DNA from: Bacillota bacterium
Lineage (GTDB): Bacteria; Bacillota; Dethiobacteria; DTU022
DNA: 64,000 nt
Assembly (NCBI GenBank): GCA_034189085.1
Contig: JAXHVH010000005.1
Span: 2,180 to 66,179 of the forward strand
Direction: 5' to 3'
Made by a program: the position numbers and the translations under genes. A model generated the notes under the pieces. That model saw only the letters and a program-made list of their open reading frames with translations, was not told the DNA's origin and did not search any database. This document shows positions 20,450 to 30,191 of this stretch, piece by piece (position 1 is the first letter of the stretch; every line of letters begins with the position of its first letter).

Positions 20450-20824
20450 TTATTCGTCAGAATGCCTGGCCCGGTAATCTTTGATTGCCTCATGGAGGGC
20501 ATCAGCAGCCAGGTTGGAACAATGCCTTTTGACCGGGGGTAGACCGCCCAATTCTTCCGCTACATCCTCATTGGTTATTTCCATGGCCTCGTCAAGCGCT
20601 TTCCCCCTGACCATTTCCGTAAGCATGCTGCTGCTGGCTATGGCCGCACCACAACCATAGGTTTAAAAACGGACATCTTCGATCCACCCATCCTTCACTT
20701 TAATGTAAAGCTTCATCATATCGCCGCATTTAAAACTGGTCGTTTCCCCTACTCCATCCGCATCTGCTATTTCACCCACGTTGCGGGGATTGCTAAAATG
20801 ATCGACCACTTTTTCATCGTACAT
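20450..20824 (-). pseudogene. iscU: IscU/NifU Fe-S scaffold interrupted by one in-frame TAA (codon 54)
   Basis: Manual translation: MYDEKVVDHFSNPRNVG...KCGDMMKLYIKV...DVRF*TYGCGAAIASSS...LPPVKRHCSNLAADAL. The TAA is at 20663-20665 and the frame is otherwise intact. Confidence 0.85.
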
Positions 20825-20846
20825 GGCTGTAACATCCTCCCACCAG

Positions 20847-22010
20847 TTAATGTTTACGATAAGTGGGAGAAATACCGCGCAATTTTTTCACAATACCCGG
20901 TATTTTCCCCAGAACAAAATCAACATCCTCGTCGTTGCTGCCACGGCCCAGCGAAAAGCGAATCGAACCGTGAGCAATGGAATGATCCAGTCCGATTGCG
21001 GTGAGAACATGGGAAGGCTCCTCTGAACCTGATGAACATGCCGATCCGCTTGAAGCGGCCACTCCTTCCAGATCAAGACTGAGAAGAATTGATTCGCCCT
21101 CAATGTGCTTAAAGCTGACATTGACGTTACCAGGGAGCCGCAGGCTGGGATGGCCATTCAGAATTACCTCTTCAATTTCCAGCAGCCCGGAAATGAGGCG
21201 ATCGCGCAGGGCAGTCAATTTTTCTTTTTTCTGTGGTATTTCAGAAACGGAGAGCTCTATAGCCCGGCTCATCCCGATGATCCCGGGTACATTTTCCGTC
21301 CCCGGCCTGATCTTTTTTTCCTGACTTCCACCGCGGTAGAGAGGGGTGACCTCTGTCCCCTTTCGCATGAAAAGGGCTCCCACCCCTTTCGGACCATTAA
21401 ACTTGTGGGCTGAAAGAGAGAGAAAATCAACGGTCAGCTCATTTACATCAACCGGCAGCTGACCGACAACCTGCACTGCATCGCTATGAAAAAGGATGTC
21501 ATGCTCTTTTGCTATGCGGCCCAGTTCGCGGACAGGCTGCAGGGTGCCAATTTCATTATTGGCAGACATGATGGAAATGATAAAAGTATCGGGGGTGATC
21601 GCTTTTTCCAGATCCGCGGGATTGACTGTTCCGAATTGATCAACAGGGAGGTAGGTCACCCTGTGCCCCTCCTGTTCGAGATCCCGGCATACATCATAAA
21701 CTGCATGATGTTCTATGGCAGAGGTGATGATATGCCCCGGCTTACCAAGTTTTTTGGCCGTGCCGCGCAGGGCAATGTTGTTCGCTTCAGTCCCGCTGGC
21801 TGTAAAAAATATTTCTTCGGGATCAGCTCCAATTGACCGGGCAGTTTTCTCTCGGGCTTCTTCTACCGCACGACGCGCTTCCCGCCCCGGGGAATGGAGG
21901 CTGGAAGGATTGCCGTACAGTTCTTTAAAAAAAGGCATCATTGCTTCCATTACTTCTTCTCTTACCGGGGTAGTGGCGCCATGATCCATATAGATTAGTC
22001 GATTTTTCAT
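20847..22010 (-). CDS. iscS: Cysteine desulfurase IscS/NifS
   Basis: YMDHGATT, SAHKFNGPKG and SSGSACSS (group I) motifs. Confidence 0.95.
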   Translation of the reverse strand: MKNRLIYMDHGATTPVREEVMEAMMPFFKELYGNPSSLHSPGREARRAVEEAREKTARSIGADPEEIFFTASGTEANNIALRGTAKKLGKPGHIITSAIEHHAVYDVCRDLEQEGHRVTYLPVDQFGTVNPADLEKAITPDTFIISIMSANNEIGTLQPVRELGRIAKEHDILFHSDAVQVVGQLPVDVNELTVDFLSLSAHKFNGPKGVGALFMRKGTEVTPLYRGGSQEKKIRPGTENVPGIIGMSRAIELSVSEIPQKKEKLTALRDRLISGLLEIEEVILNGHPSLRLPGNVNVSFKHIEGESILLSLDLEGVAASSGSACSSGSEEPSHVLTAIGLDHSIAHGSIRFSLGRGSNDEDVDFVLGKIPGIVKKLRGISPTYRKH

Positions 22011-22028
22011 TGCCATTCCTCCCATGTT

Positions 22029-22454
22029 TCAGTTCTTAACCGGATCCGATTCTACCAGTTCGTTCAAGGTAATATCATCAAGGACATCGTTCATTTTATC
22101 GCGCAATTTTTCCCAGACCCGCCTGGTCAGGCACTCCTTACCATGATGACAGCACATGTCAGTCTCCTTCTCGGAAAGACAGGTTACAGGTGTAATTGGC
22201 CCATCAAGGGCTCTCACAATGTCACCAACCCGAATTCTCTCGGGGGATCGTGAAAGCATGTACCCCCCGCTGGATCCACGGACACTTAAAATCAATCCGG
22301 CTCGTTTTAAATCAGGGAATATCTGCTCCAAAAATTTAAGGGAAATCATCTCTTTTTCGGCAATTTCCCTGAGCGGCAGAGGTCGGTTCCGGGAGGTGAC
22401 AGCCAGGACAGCCATTGACCTTACCCCATACTCTACTTTCGCTGATAGCCGCAT
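22029..22454 (-). CDS. iscR: Rrf2 family regulator, IscR-like (Cys-containing)
   Basis: SVRGSSGGY wing and C-x8-CC-x5-C cluster ligands; heads the iscS-iscU operon. Confidence 0.8.
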   Translation of the reverse strand: MRLSAKVEYGVRSMAVLAVTSRNRPLPLREIAEKEMISLKFLEQIFPDLKRAGLILSVRGSSGGYMLSRSPERIRVGDIVRALDGPITPVTCLSEKETDMCCHHGKECLTRRVWEKLRDKMNDVLDDITLNELVESDPVKN

Positions 22455-22477
22455 CGCCTGCTCACTCTTCCTTTATT

Positions 22478-22543
22478 AATCCCGACAAAAAAACTCGGAT
22501 ATTTTTCAAAGCTAAGAATATCATTCCTTTTTGGCCCTGTCAA
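22478..22543 (-). promoter_or_regulatory. SigA promoter and IscR-like operator of the iscRSU operon
   Basis: Minus strand TTGACA (22543-22538), 17-bp spacer, TG-n-TATTCT (22520-22515). The downstream imperfect palindrome AATCCCGACAAAAAAACTCGGATAT (22478-22502) resembles type-1 IscR boxes. Confidence 0.65.
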
Positions 22544-22551
22544 TAAAAAAT

Positions 22552-22576
22552 AAAAGCCGGCTTAAAGATGCCGGCT
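22552..22576 (-). terminator. Intrinsic terminator of the csp gene
   Basis: AGCCGGC-N8-GCCGGCT followed by a T tract on the minus strand. Confidence 0.7.
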
Positions 22577-22622
22577 ATAAAATCGAACATTTTATATATC
22601 TGGCTAAGGAGCTAACTAGTGA

Positions 22623-22820
22623 TTATAACTTAACCACGTTTGCCGCCTGCGGCCCACGGTTTCCTTCGACTATTTCGAATTCGACTGCCTGGCCTTCATC
22701 CAGGGTCTTGAAGCCTTCTTCCTGGATTTCTGAATAGTGAACAAAAACATCTTTACCTTCTTCGACTTCAATGAATCCGTACCCCTTTTCAGGGTTAAAC
22801 CATTTTACCTTACCTTGCAT
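22623..22820 (-). CDS. Cold-shock protein
   Basis: GKVKWFN, KGYGFI and DVFVHYS (RNP1/RNP2). Confidence 0.97.
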   Translation of the reverse strand: MQGKVKWFNPEKGYGFIEVEEGKDVFVHYSEIQEEGFKTLDEGQAVEFEIVEGNRGPQAANVVKL

Positions 22821-22977
22821 TTAAAAGACTACCTCCTAAAATTGCCCGTGTTTCCAAGGCGTTATATCGAATAAACAGTATCACAACCTTGCTAAAAAAG
22901 CAAGATATTCGATGAAATATCAATTGATTCTGTATGTTATAATAAACTGCACAGCTGAAGAAAAGGGGGTGCTCTCC

Positions 22978-23397
22978 ATGATTCCCGGTATTGGCATTGA
23001 TCTTGTTTCTATAAACCGGATTGAAAAAATATACAGGCGTTATCCCTCACGCTTCCTGGCCAAAATCTTCAGCGACCCCGAAAAAGAAGATTTTCAAAAA
23101 CGAAATGGATCCACCGCCTCCCTGGCAGCCCGTTTTGCCGCCAAGGAAGCAGTTCTTAAGGCGCTTGGCTGCGGCATCGGCCCTGCCGCTCTGTGCGAAG
23201 TGGAGATTGTTGCTCCCCGGGGGCACCAGCCCCGGGTGCGCCTTCACGGCGCTGCCCTTAAAATAGCTGAACGGCAAAATGTCGCTGTTGTTGCCCTTTC
23301 AATGACCCACGAATCGCCTTTCGCCTGTGCGGCCGCTATCGTTTCGGCTGCTTTGCCTGGTATAATTGAGCAATCCCCCGGCAAGAACAACTTTTAA
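22978..23397 (+). CDS. acpS: Holo-ACP synthase
   Basis: GIGIDLV, AARFAAKEAVLKALG and SMTHE motifs; start at ATG 22978. Confidence 0.93.
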   Translation: MIPGIGIDLVSINRIEKIYRRYPSRFLAKIFSDPEKEDFQKRNGSTASLAARFAAKEAVLKALGCGIGPAALCEVEIVAPRGHQPRVRLHGAALKIAERQNVAVVALSMTHESPFACAAAIVSAALPGIIEQSPGKNNF

Positions 23398-25266
23398 TAA
23401 ACGCTTCGACAGGGAATGCGAAGCTTTTATTTCTTTCCCGCTCTCCTGATGTTTTATAATTACCGTGTCATTTTCCAGCTGGCGGGCCACATCTTCGATG
23501 ATCAACTGGTCATCCATGGCCAGATATTCATAATCACTCTCATCGACAAAAACCAGGGGCAGGACGCCGAAATTAACCAGGTTGGCATGATGAATGCGAG
23601 CAAACGATTTGGCCAGCACCGCTTTAATTCCCAGGTACATGGGGGCCAGAGCAGCATGCTCACGGCTTGAACCCTGTCCGTAGTTTTCACCGGCCACAAT
23701 TATCCCGCTGCCTGCTTCTTTCGCTCGAACGGCAAAATGCGGATCAATGGGGGCAAAAACATACTCGCTGATCGCTTCAATATTGGAACGCAGCGGAAGC
23801 ACTTTTGAACCGCCGGGTAAAATATGATCGGTGGTAATGTTGTCGCCCACTACCAGCAGCACCCTGGCCTTGATTGTTTCCGGCAGAGGCTTGTTTATCG
23901 GCAGGGGTTTGATGTTCGGGCCGCGCACAATTTTCACCCCGGTCCGGTCTTCCAGCGGAGCAATCACCATCCGGTCATCAATCACCGGGCTGGGTTCAGG
24001 TGCCAGCCTGGGATAGGGACCAAGGTCCCGGGGATCAGTGATCTCTCCCCGCAGAGCCGCGGCAGCGGCGCCTGCCGGACCGGTCAGGTAAACCATGGCA
24101 TCGGCAGTACCGCTGCGGCCGGTAAAGTTCCTGTTGAAAGTCCGCACAGAAACCCCTCCAGAGGGGGGTGCCTGTCCCATTCCAATACATGGTCCGCAGG
24201 CCGATTCCAGGATCCTTGCTCCGGAAGCAATCAATTTTTCCAGGATTCCTTCCCGCGCCAGGTTGATAAAGGTCTGCCTGGACCCGGGAGCAACAACCAG
24301 GCTAACCCGTGGATGAATTACCTTGTCTTTCAGCACTTCAGCCAGCAACTGTAAATCGCGGTAAGAACCGTTTGTGCAGCTGCCCACAGCTACCTGATCT
24401 ACGGCTACCGGCCCGATTTCACTGATCGGTTTAACGGCATCAGGGCTGTGCGGAACAGCCGCCAGCGGTTCCAGGCTGTCCAAATCGATGGTTATTTCAT
24501 CATCATAGGCAGCTTCTTCGTCAGCTTCGAATTTGCGCCATCCTTCCTCCCTGCCCTGGTTTTTAAGGAATAAGCGGGTTACTTCATCGCTGGGGAAGAT
24601 TGATGAAGTAGCGCCCAGTTCAGCACCCATGTTGGTGATCGTAGCCCTCTCCGGCACGGAAAGAGTAGACACTCCGGGGCCACCGTATTCAATAACTTTG
24701 CCAACACCACCTTTGACCGACAGGCAGCGCAGTATCTCCAGTATAATGTCCTTGGCTCCAACCCACTGTTTAAGTGCGCCAATAAGGTTAACCTTCAAAA
24801 CAACAGGTACTGTGAGATAAAAAGGACCACCGGCCATAGCCACGGCAACATCGAGGCCTCCCGCCCCAATTCCGAGCATACCCAGCCCTCCCGCAGTAGG
24901 AGTATGGCTGTCAGACCCAAGCAGGGTCCTGCCCGGTTCGCCAAAACGTTCCAAATGAACCTGGTGGCAAATGCCGTTGCCGGGCCGGGAAAACCAGATT
25001 CCAAAGCGAGCAGCCACTGACTGCAGGAAACGGTGATCGTCAGCATTCTCAAAACCGTTCTGCAGAGTATTGTGATCAACATAACTGACCGATTTTTCGG
25101 TTTTAACTCTGTCAATGCCCAGGGCTTCCAACTGCAGGTAAGCCATTGTTCCCGTGGCATCCTGGGTGAGAGTCTGGTCCATACGGATGCCAATCTCGGT
25201 TCCCCTGACCAGTTCTCCTTCCACAAGGTGTTCTCTTAGTATTTTGTACGTCAAGTTATCGGCCAT
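23299..25266 (-). CDS. Aconitate hydratase (short clostridial type)
   Basis: QDATGTMA, DSHT, GSCTN, CGPCIG, ITTDHI and GQGSSREHA motifs. Confidence 0.92.
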   Translation of the reverse strand: MADNLTYKILREHLVEGELVRGTEIGIRMDQTLTQDATGTMAYLQLEALGIDRVKTEKSVSYVDHNTLQNGFENADDHRFLQSVAARFGIWFSRPGNGICHQVHLERFGEPGRTLLGSDSHTPTAGGLGMLGIGAGGLDVAVAMAGGPFYLTVPVVLKVNLIGALKQWVGAKDIILEILRCLSVKGGVGKVIEYGGPGVSTLSVPERATITNMGAELGATSSIFPSDEVTRLFLKNQGREEGWRKFEADEEAAYDDEITIDLDSLEPLAAVPHSPDAVKPISEIGPVAVDQVAVGSCTNGSYRDLQLLAEVLKDKVIHPRVSLVVAPGSRQTFINLAREGILEKLIASGARILESACGPCIGMGQAPPSGGVSVRTFNRNFTGRSGTADAMVYLTGPAGAAAAALRGEITDPRDLGPYPRLAPEPSPVIDDRMVIAPLEDRTGVKIVRGPNIKPLPINKPLPETIKARVLLVVGDNITTDHILPGGSKVLPLRSNIEAISEYVFAPIDPHFAVRAKEAGSGIIVAGENYGQGSSREHAALAPMYLGIKAVLAKSFARIHHANLVNFGVLPLVFVDESDYEYLAMDDQLIIEDVARQLENDTVIIKHQESGKEIKASHSLSKRLLKVVLAGGLLNYTRQSSRNDSGRTGERRFVGH

Positions 25267-25328
25267 ATTTTTACATTACCTCCATTAATCCTGTCCAGGT
25301 CACTGTTGTTACCGCGTTCAGGTTTGTT

Positions 25329-26543
25329 TTATTTATCATTGATAAAATAATCCATCAGCCGCCAGCCTTCAGCAAATATTAAACCTGTCTCAGCAGCAGA
25401 TTTTTCATCAAATTTGCGTCCCCGGCTTCTCCTGCTTTCGCCACTGCGAAAAACCACAAAGGGAACCGGCTCCCTGGTGTGAGTACCCAGGGAAAGAGGT
25501 GTTGCATGATCGGTCGCCAGTAAAATCGAGAAATCCCAACCGCTCTTTGCAAGTTCCTGCCGAAGAAAACCGGCTACCTGCTTATCGATCATTTCAATTG
25601 CCTGGATCTTGTTCTCCGCTTCAAAGCGATGAGAGCACTCATCCGGTGCTTCAATGTGCAGGTAAACAAAATCCTTTCCACTTCTGAAGGCTTCGAGGAC
25701 TGCATGCACTTTCCCGGTCAAATTTGTATCTATATATCCCGTAGCTCCCTCCACGGAAATGGGTTCCAGGCCGGCAAAAAGGCCGATCCCCTTGATCAGG
25801 TCCACTGCTGATATGACAGCACCGTTCAATCCGTATTTGTCGTGAAACAGGGGCAGTTGAGGTTTGCGACCGTTACCCCAGATCCAGATGGAATTGGCCG
25901 GGTGAAGCCCTTTTTCAAGGCGCTTTTTATTGACAGGATGCTCCGAAAGAAGTTGAAAACTTTTCTCCATGAGCTCCAATATTTTTGAGCTTTTAGAACC
26001 GCCCGGAAGATGAGAACCAATCTTCTGCCCGCTGATATCATGGGGAGGGGTGAGCCGCCAGTCATCGGGTGCTCCCTCCCAAACCATCAGATTACGGTAT
26101 TGAAAACCGGTATAAAAGTTTAGTTCCGGCAAGCCAAGCTCCCGGCTGATGGCGGCAATCAGTTCTTCCGCTTCGGCAGTTGAAATTTCACCGGCACAGT
26201 AATCAACCATTTTTTTATCGGCATATCGGATTTCGTCAGAGAGGGTAACAAGGTTACAGCGAAAGGAAACATCCTCCGGCCCAAGCGCTATCCCCATACT
26301 GGCTGCCTCGAAGGGAGAGCGCCCGGTATAATACTTGAGAGGGTCATACCCCATAATTGAGAGATTGGCTGTATCACTGCCGGGGGGCAGGCCTTCCGGG
26401 ACAGTGCCGGCCAGGCCCAGCTCGCCTTCTTCAGCCAGAGAGTCAAAATTCGGTGTGCGGGCATACTGCAGCGCAGTCTGCTGATTGAACTTATCAAAGG
26501 GATAATCAGCCATTCCATCTCCAAGGATTACCAGATATTTCAA
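25329..26543 (-). CDS. apgM: ApgM-like cofactor-independent phosphoglycerate mutase family protein (proposed homoserine kinase subgroup)
   Basis: GDGMAD, PGSDTANLS, PPHDI, EAPDECSH and DHATP motifs; divergent from thrC. Confidence 0.85.
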   Translation of the reverse strand: MKYLVILGDGMADYPFDKFNQQTALQYARTPNFDSLAEEGELGLAGTVPEGLPPGSDTANLSIMGYDPLKYYTGRSPFEAASMGIALGPEDVSFRCNLVTLSDEIRYADKKMVDYCAGEISTAEAEELIAAISRELGLPELNFYTGFQYRNLMVWEGAPDDWRLTPPHDISGQKIGSHLPGGSKSSKILELMEKSFQLLSEHPVNKKRLEKGLHPANSIWIWGNGRKPQLPLFHDKYGLNGAVISAVDLIKGIGLFAGLEPISVEGATGYIDTNLTGKVHAVLEAFRSGKDFVYLHIEAPDECSHRFEAENKIQAIEMIDKQVAGFLRQELAKSGWDFSILLATDHATPLSLGTHTREPVPFVVFRSGESRRSRGRKFDEKSAAETGLIFAEGWRLMDYFINDK

Positions 26544-26721
26544 AAAATGAGCACGCTCCTTTCGCATTACCGGCTGATGAACAGGGGGATAAATGATAAA
26601 CTGTGTCCTGAAAATAACCCTTCGGCCACTTTTTGTCAAGGGTGCTTCCAACCCTGAAAGGGTTTTGCCCACGGCAGGGCGAAAATTAATCAAACAAAAC
26701 GATCTATGAAAAATAGAAGGG

Positions 26722-28227
26722 ATGGGGACAATGCATTACTACAGCACCAGGGGAAATTCAGGATCGGCAACAGCTTCTACCGTCATACTGGAGGGATTGG
26801 CGCCGGATGGAGGTCTATATGTCCCATCTGAAACGCTGCCCTCTTTTTCGATTGAAAATTTGCAGGGTAAGAGCTATCAATCTCTGGCGCTGGAAATCCT
26901 GAAGCCTTTTCTTGACGACTTTGATAAAAGAGAAATTGACGAGGCCATAAATACTGCCTACAGTGAAAAAAATTTCGATCATCCGGACATTACGCCCCTG
27001 AAAAAACTGTCCCGTGATCTTTACTCTCTCGAGCTGTGGCATGGGCCGACCTGCGCCTTCAAAGATATTGCCCTCCAGATTCTGCCTCTTTTGATGCGTT
27101 CCGCCCAGGTAAAACATAAAAATGAAATGGAAATCATCGTCCTTACCGCCACTTCCGGCGATACAGGAAAATCAGCCCTGGAAGGATTCCGTGACGTTCC
27201 AGGCATTAAAATTATCGTTTACTATCCCGAGAAAGGAGTCAGCGAGATTCAAAAACTGCAGATGACCACCCAGCAGGGCAACAACGTTTCAGTTGCAGCA
27301 GTAGAAGGCAACTTCGATCATGCCCAGAGCGGGGTTAAAGATATTTTTAGCGACCGTGAACTGGCCGATAGGCTTGCCGCCGCCGGCTACCGTCTTTCAT
27401 CGGCCAATTCCATCAACTGGGGCCGTCTGATTCCCCAGGTCGTTTATTATTTTGCCGCTTATTTAAACCTCCTGGGACAAAAGGACCTGCAGCCGGGAGA
27501 AAAAATAGACTTTGTAGTCCCTACCGGCAACTTTGGCAACATCCTGGCCGGCTATTATGCCAGGCGCCTCGGACTGCCTGTCAACCGCCTGATCTGTGCC
27601 GCTAATACGAATAATGTGCTTTCCGATTTTATCAACAGCGGGCGCTATAACAGCAACAGGAAGCTGCACCGAACGCTCTCCCCTTCCATGGATATTCTCG
27701 TTTCCAGCAATCTGGAACGGCTGTTATTTGAACTAACCGGCCACAACAACAGCCTGATTCGCCGCTGGATGACAGATCTGAAAAGCAGGGGCGAGTACCG
27801 TGTCGGCCACGGAGAAAAAGAACAAATCGAAAAACTGTTCTGGTCAGACTACGCCAACGATGACGAAACAAGCCAGATGATTACTCATATTTATGACCGC
27901 TACCATTATCTGATTGATACGCATACCGCTGTGGGCATGGCTGTCCTTCAAAAATACCGCCGCTCCAATGACCGGAACAGACCGGCTATTATTCTCTCTA
28001 CTGCCAGCCCCTTCAAATTTGCCGGCAGCGTCGCCCGGGCTCTCTTCGGAAGTGAGCGCATCCGCGGCATTGGGGAACTTGATTTGCTGGAAATGCTTGC
28101 TGTGGAAACGGGGATAGATATACCGCCAGCCCTGGCCAGGCTGACTTCTGAACCAGTTATCCATAAAGAGGTGATCGCGCGGGAAAAAATGCGCCATCAC
28201 CTCCTATCCAATCTGCCCGATTTTTAA
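26722..28227 (+). CDS. thrC: Threonine synthase
   Basis: YYSTRG, HGPTCAFKD, ATSGDTG, SANSINWGR and PTGNFGN motifs. Confidence 0.96.
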   Translation: MGTMHYYSTRGNSGSATASTVILEGLAPDGGLYVPSETLPSFSIENLQGKSYQSLALEILKPFLDDFDKREIDEAINTAYSEKNFDHPDITPLKKLSRDLYSLELWHGPTCAFKDIALQILPLLMRSAQVKHKNEMEIIVLTATSGDTGKSALEGFRDVPGIKIIVYYPEKGVSEIQKLQMTTQQGNNVSVAAVEGNFDHAQSGVKDIFSDRELADRLAAAGYRLSSANSINWGRLIPQVVYYFAAYLNLLGQKDLQPGEKIDFVVPTGNFGNILAGYYARRLGLPVNRLICAANTNNVLSDFINSGRYNSNRKLHRTLSPSMDILVSSNLERLLFELTGHNNSLIRRWMTDLKSRGEYRVGHGEKEQIEKLFWSDYANDDETSQMITHIYDRYHYLIDTHTAVGMAVLQKYRRSNDRNRPAIILSTASPFKFAGSVARALFGSERIRGIGELDLLEMLAVETGIDIPPALARLTSEPVIHKEVIAREKMRHHLLSNLPDF

Positions 28228-29714
28228 GATTCGTCCATTTCGTTTTCCGGATTGGCGTTCTCTCCATTTTCAGGTTTCATTTCCGGACGGGCACTTTCTT
28301 CTTTATTAGCTTCCCTTCCCGGCCTGTCTTCCATTTCTAGCCCGGAAGTTTGTTTACTCTGCTCTGCACTTTCCCGGATCACCGGATCGTGAGTTCCGAA
28401 ACGGGTCATCAGGACCATCCCGAGAGCAAGGACATAGAGAGCCATGGTCAGTAATCCACCCAGGATGGGAATCATGCCGAGTAAACCGAATATAATTACC
28501 CCGATAGCGATGGAAACAAGCGGGTTAACCTTTCCTCCTGAAGCGGCAGTGATAATGCGGTCACCGACCAGATTGACGATACCGGTATAACCGAGGACGG
28601 CAGCCACGGCCAGGACAACAATCTCTACTATTGCCAGTGGAATACCGATAATCGTTATAATCAGTAAAATCATCAGGGGAACGGCCAGAATAGCTGCCAG
28701 GATCCCCCATCCGATCACCGGTCCCGGTTTCACGAGAAGGGCATCACTCACTCTCTTTACCGGCTTCGGGAAAAGAGCATAGATCAGGGCAGCCAGGGCA
28801 AACATGATCAACATTCTGATGACCCCGCCTGCCACACTGCCGAAATGGTTAATTTGCATATAGGACGGGTGAGTAAATCGCCTGACCTCGAACACAGGGG
28901 GTAAAAATCTGATACTATCAGTAATCCTGTCCATGGAACGGCTTATTTCCCCGGCTATTCTGTTGAACAGATTTTCGTCCGCTCCATCAAACCGATAAGC
29001 GTTTTCAGGGGCCTCTCCTGTTGATTGATCGCCACCTGTGATCTCGCCTGCGCTTATTTCTTCTTCGATTTCAATGGAACCAACCGAGGCGCTTCCTGAT
29101 TTATTTACTGCTCCCCGGCCAACAGACACCCTGCCGGTCACTACAGCCTCCGGGCCAAGTTCCACCAGGCCCTGCTCGACTGTAACATCGCCCTCAACAA
29201 GACCGTTTATATATACGCTGCCGCCTTCGCTGTTCACATCGCCGGCTACTGTCCCCGTTATGTGGACTTCACCGAGGCCGGAGCCAACGTTGCCTCCCAC
29301 TGCCCCGTCAACCCGGGCTGTGCCCAGGTCGGCCGATAAATTGCCGCCAACGGAACCGCCAACGATTACTTCCCCCATGCGGGTCCGCACATTCCCGCTT
29401 ACGTTGCCGCGGATGACAATCTGGCCCATATTGGTTTCCACATCACCGTTAACTTCACCATCGACGCCCACCTGGCCCATATTGCTGCTTACATTGCCGT
29501 TAACCACGCCGAGGACGCTCATCTCGCCCACATTCAGGTTTACATTACCGTTTACAACAGTACCGCGGGATATTTCCAGATCACCCGCCGTTTTGTTTAT
29601 ATCTTCATTCACAATAACTTCTTCCGCTGCCATCCCGTTCTGGGCAGGCAACACCATTAATCCAAGTAACAGTACCAGACTTAAAAATAAAGGTATTTGC
29701 TTCCTCATTGTCAT
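28224..29714 (-). CDS. Signal-peptide, beta-solenoid (bactofilin/polymer-forming-like) repeat protein with C-terminal multi-TM domain
   Basis: About 10 repeats of roughly 17 aa (GxVxGNVxxxxGxVxI), followed by several TM helices. Confidence 0.75.
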   Translation of the reverse strand: MTMRKQIPLFLSLVLLLGLMVLPAQNGMAAEEVIVNEDINKTAGDLEISRGTVVNGNVNLNVGEMSVLGVVNGNVSSNMGQVGVDGEVNGDVETNMGQIVIRGNVSGNVRTRMGEVIVGGSVGGNLSADLGTARVDGAVGGNVGSGLGEVHITGTVAGDVNSEGGSVYINGLVEGDVTVEQGLVELGPEAVVTGRVSVGRGAVNKSGSASVGSIEIEEEISAGEITGGDQSTGEAPENAYRFDGADENLFNRIAGEISRSMDRITDSIRFLPPVFEVRRFTHPSYMQINHFGSVAGGVIRMLIMFALAALIYALFPKPVKRVSDALLVKPGPVIGWGILAAILAVPLMILLIITIIGIPLAIVEIVVLAVAAVLGYTGIVNLVGDRIITAASGGKVNPLVSIAIGVIIFGLLGMIPILGGLLTMALYVLALGMVLMTRFGTHDPVIRESAEQSKQTSGLEMEDRPGREANKEESARPEMKPENGENANPENEMDES

Positions 29715-30187
29715 TTTAAAGTTCCCTCCACCGTTTTCAGCTTGATCAAAATAAGCAGCTCAATCAGTACCGCAGCAGCAACAGCTGCCAGAACCAGGAC
29801 CGGAGCCAGATTTTGACCCAGTATCAAAACCCCTACAAAAGAGTCAATGATTAAACCGACCAGACCGGTTATACCCACCGAAAACCACCACTGAAGATAG
29901 CCGGGATTTAAATAACAGGCACTGAAAAGAAGGATCAAAAAGATGGCAGCAGCAGCAAGGGCGGCCGGCAGAGAACTGTTTCGAGTCTGAGCAGCGAGGA
30001 CCTGCATGAAATCTTCGGGCAGTTTTTCGTTACCGGCAAGCCGGTCGGCAGTTTCCTTCAGCTCCCTTATTTCCATCAACCGGCGGTGGCAGGAGTGACA
30101 GTCCTGCAGATGGGCAATGATGGAATCATCTGTCTTTTCCCCGTCGACATAAGCCTGTATGGTGATCATATCGGGGCATTTATCCAT
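29711..30187 (-). CDS. Zinc-binding membrane anti-sigma factor (ZAS-like)
   Basis: C...AYVDGE...HLQDCHSC (HxxxCxxC) plus three TM helices; follows the ECF sigma. Confidence 0.8.
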   Translation of the reverse strand: MDKCPDMITIQAYVDGEKTDDSIIAHLQDCHSCHRRLMEIRELKETADRLAGNEKLPEDFMQVLAAQTRNSSLPAALAAAAIFLILLFSACYLNPGYLQWWFSVGITGLVGLIIDSFVGVLILGQNLAPVLVLAAVAAAVLIELLILIKLKTVEGTLK

Positions 30188-30191
30188 ATTT

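Noticed and set aside
20663-20665. Idea that the Cdd-TrmO fusion repairs the iscU stop by RNA editing
   Set aside because: C-to-U deamination creates UAA from CAA rather than removing it; no supporting evidence.
26544-26721. T-box leader for thrC (also checked upstream of serA)
   Set aside because: No T-box consensus or antiterminator/terminator pair was seen.
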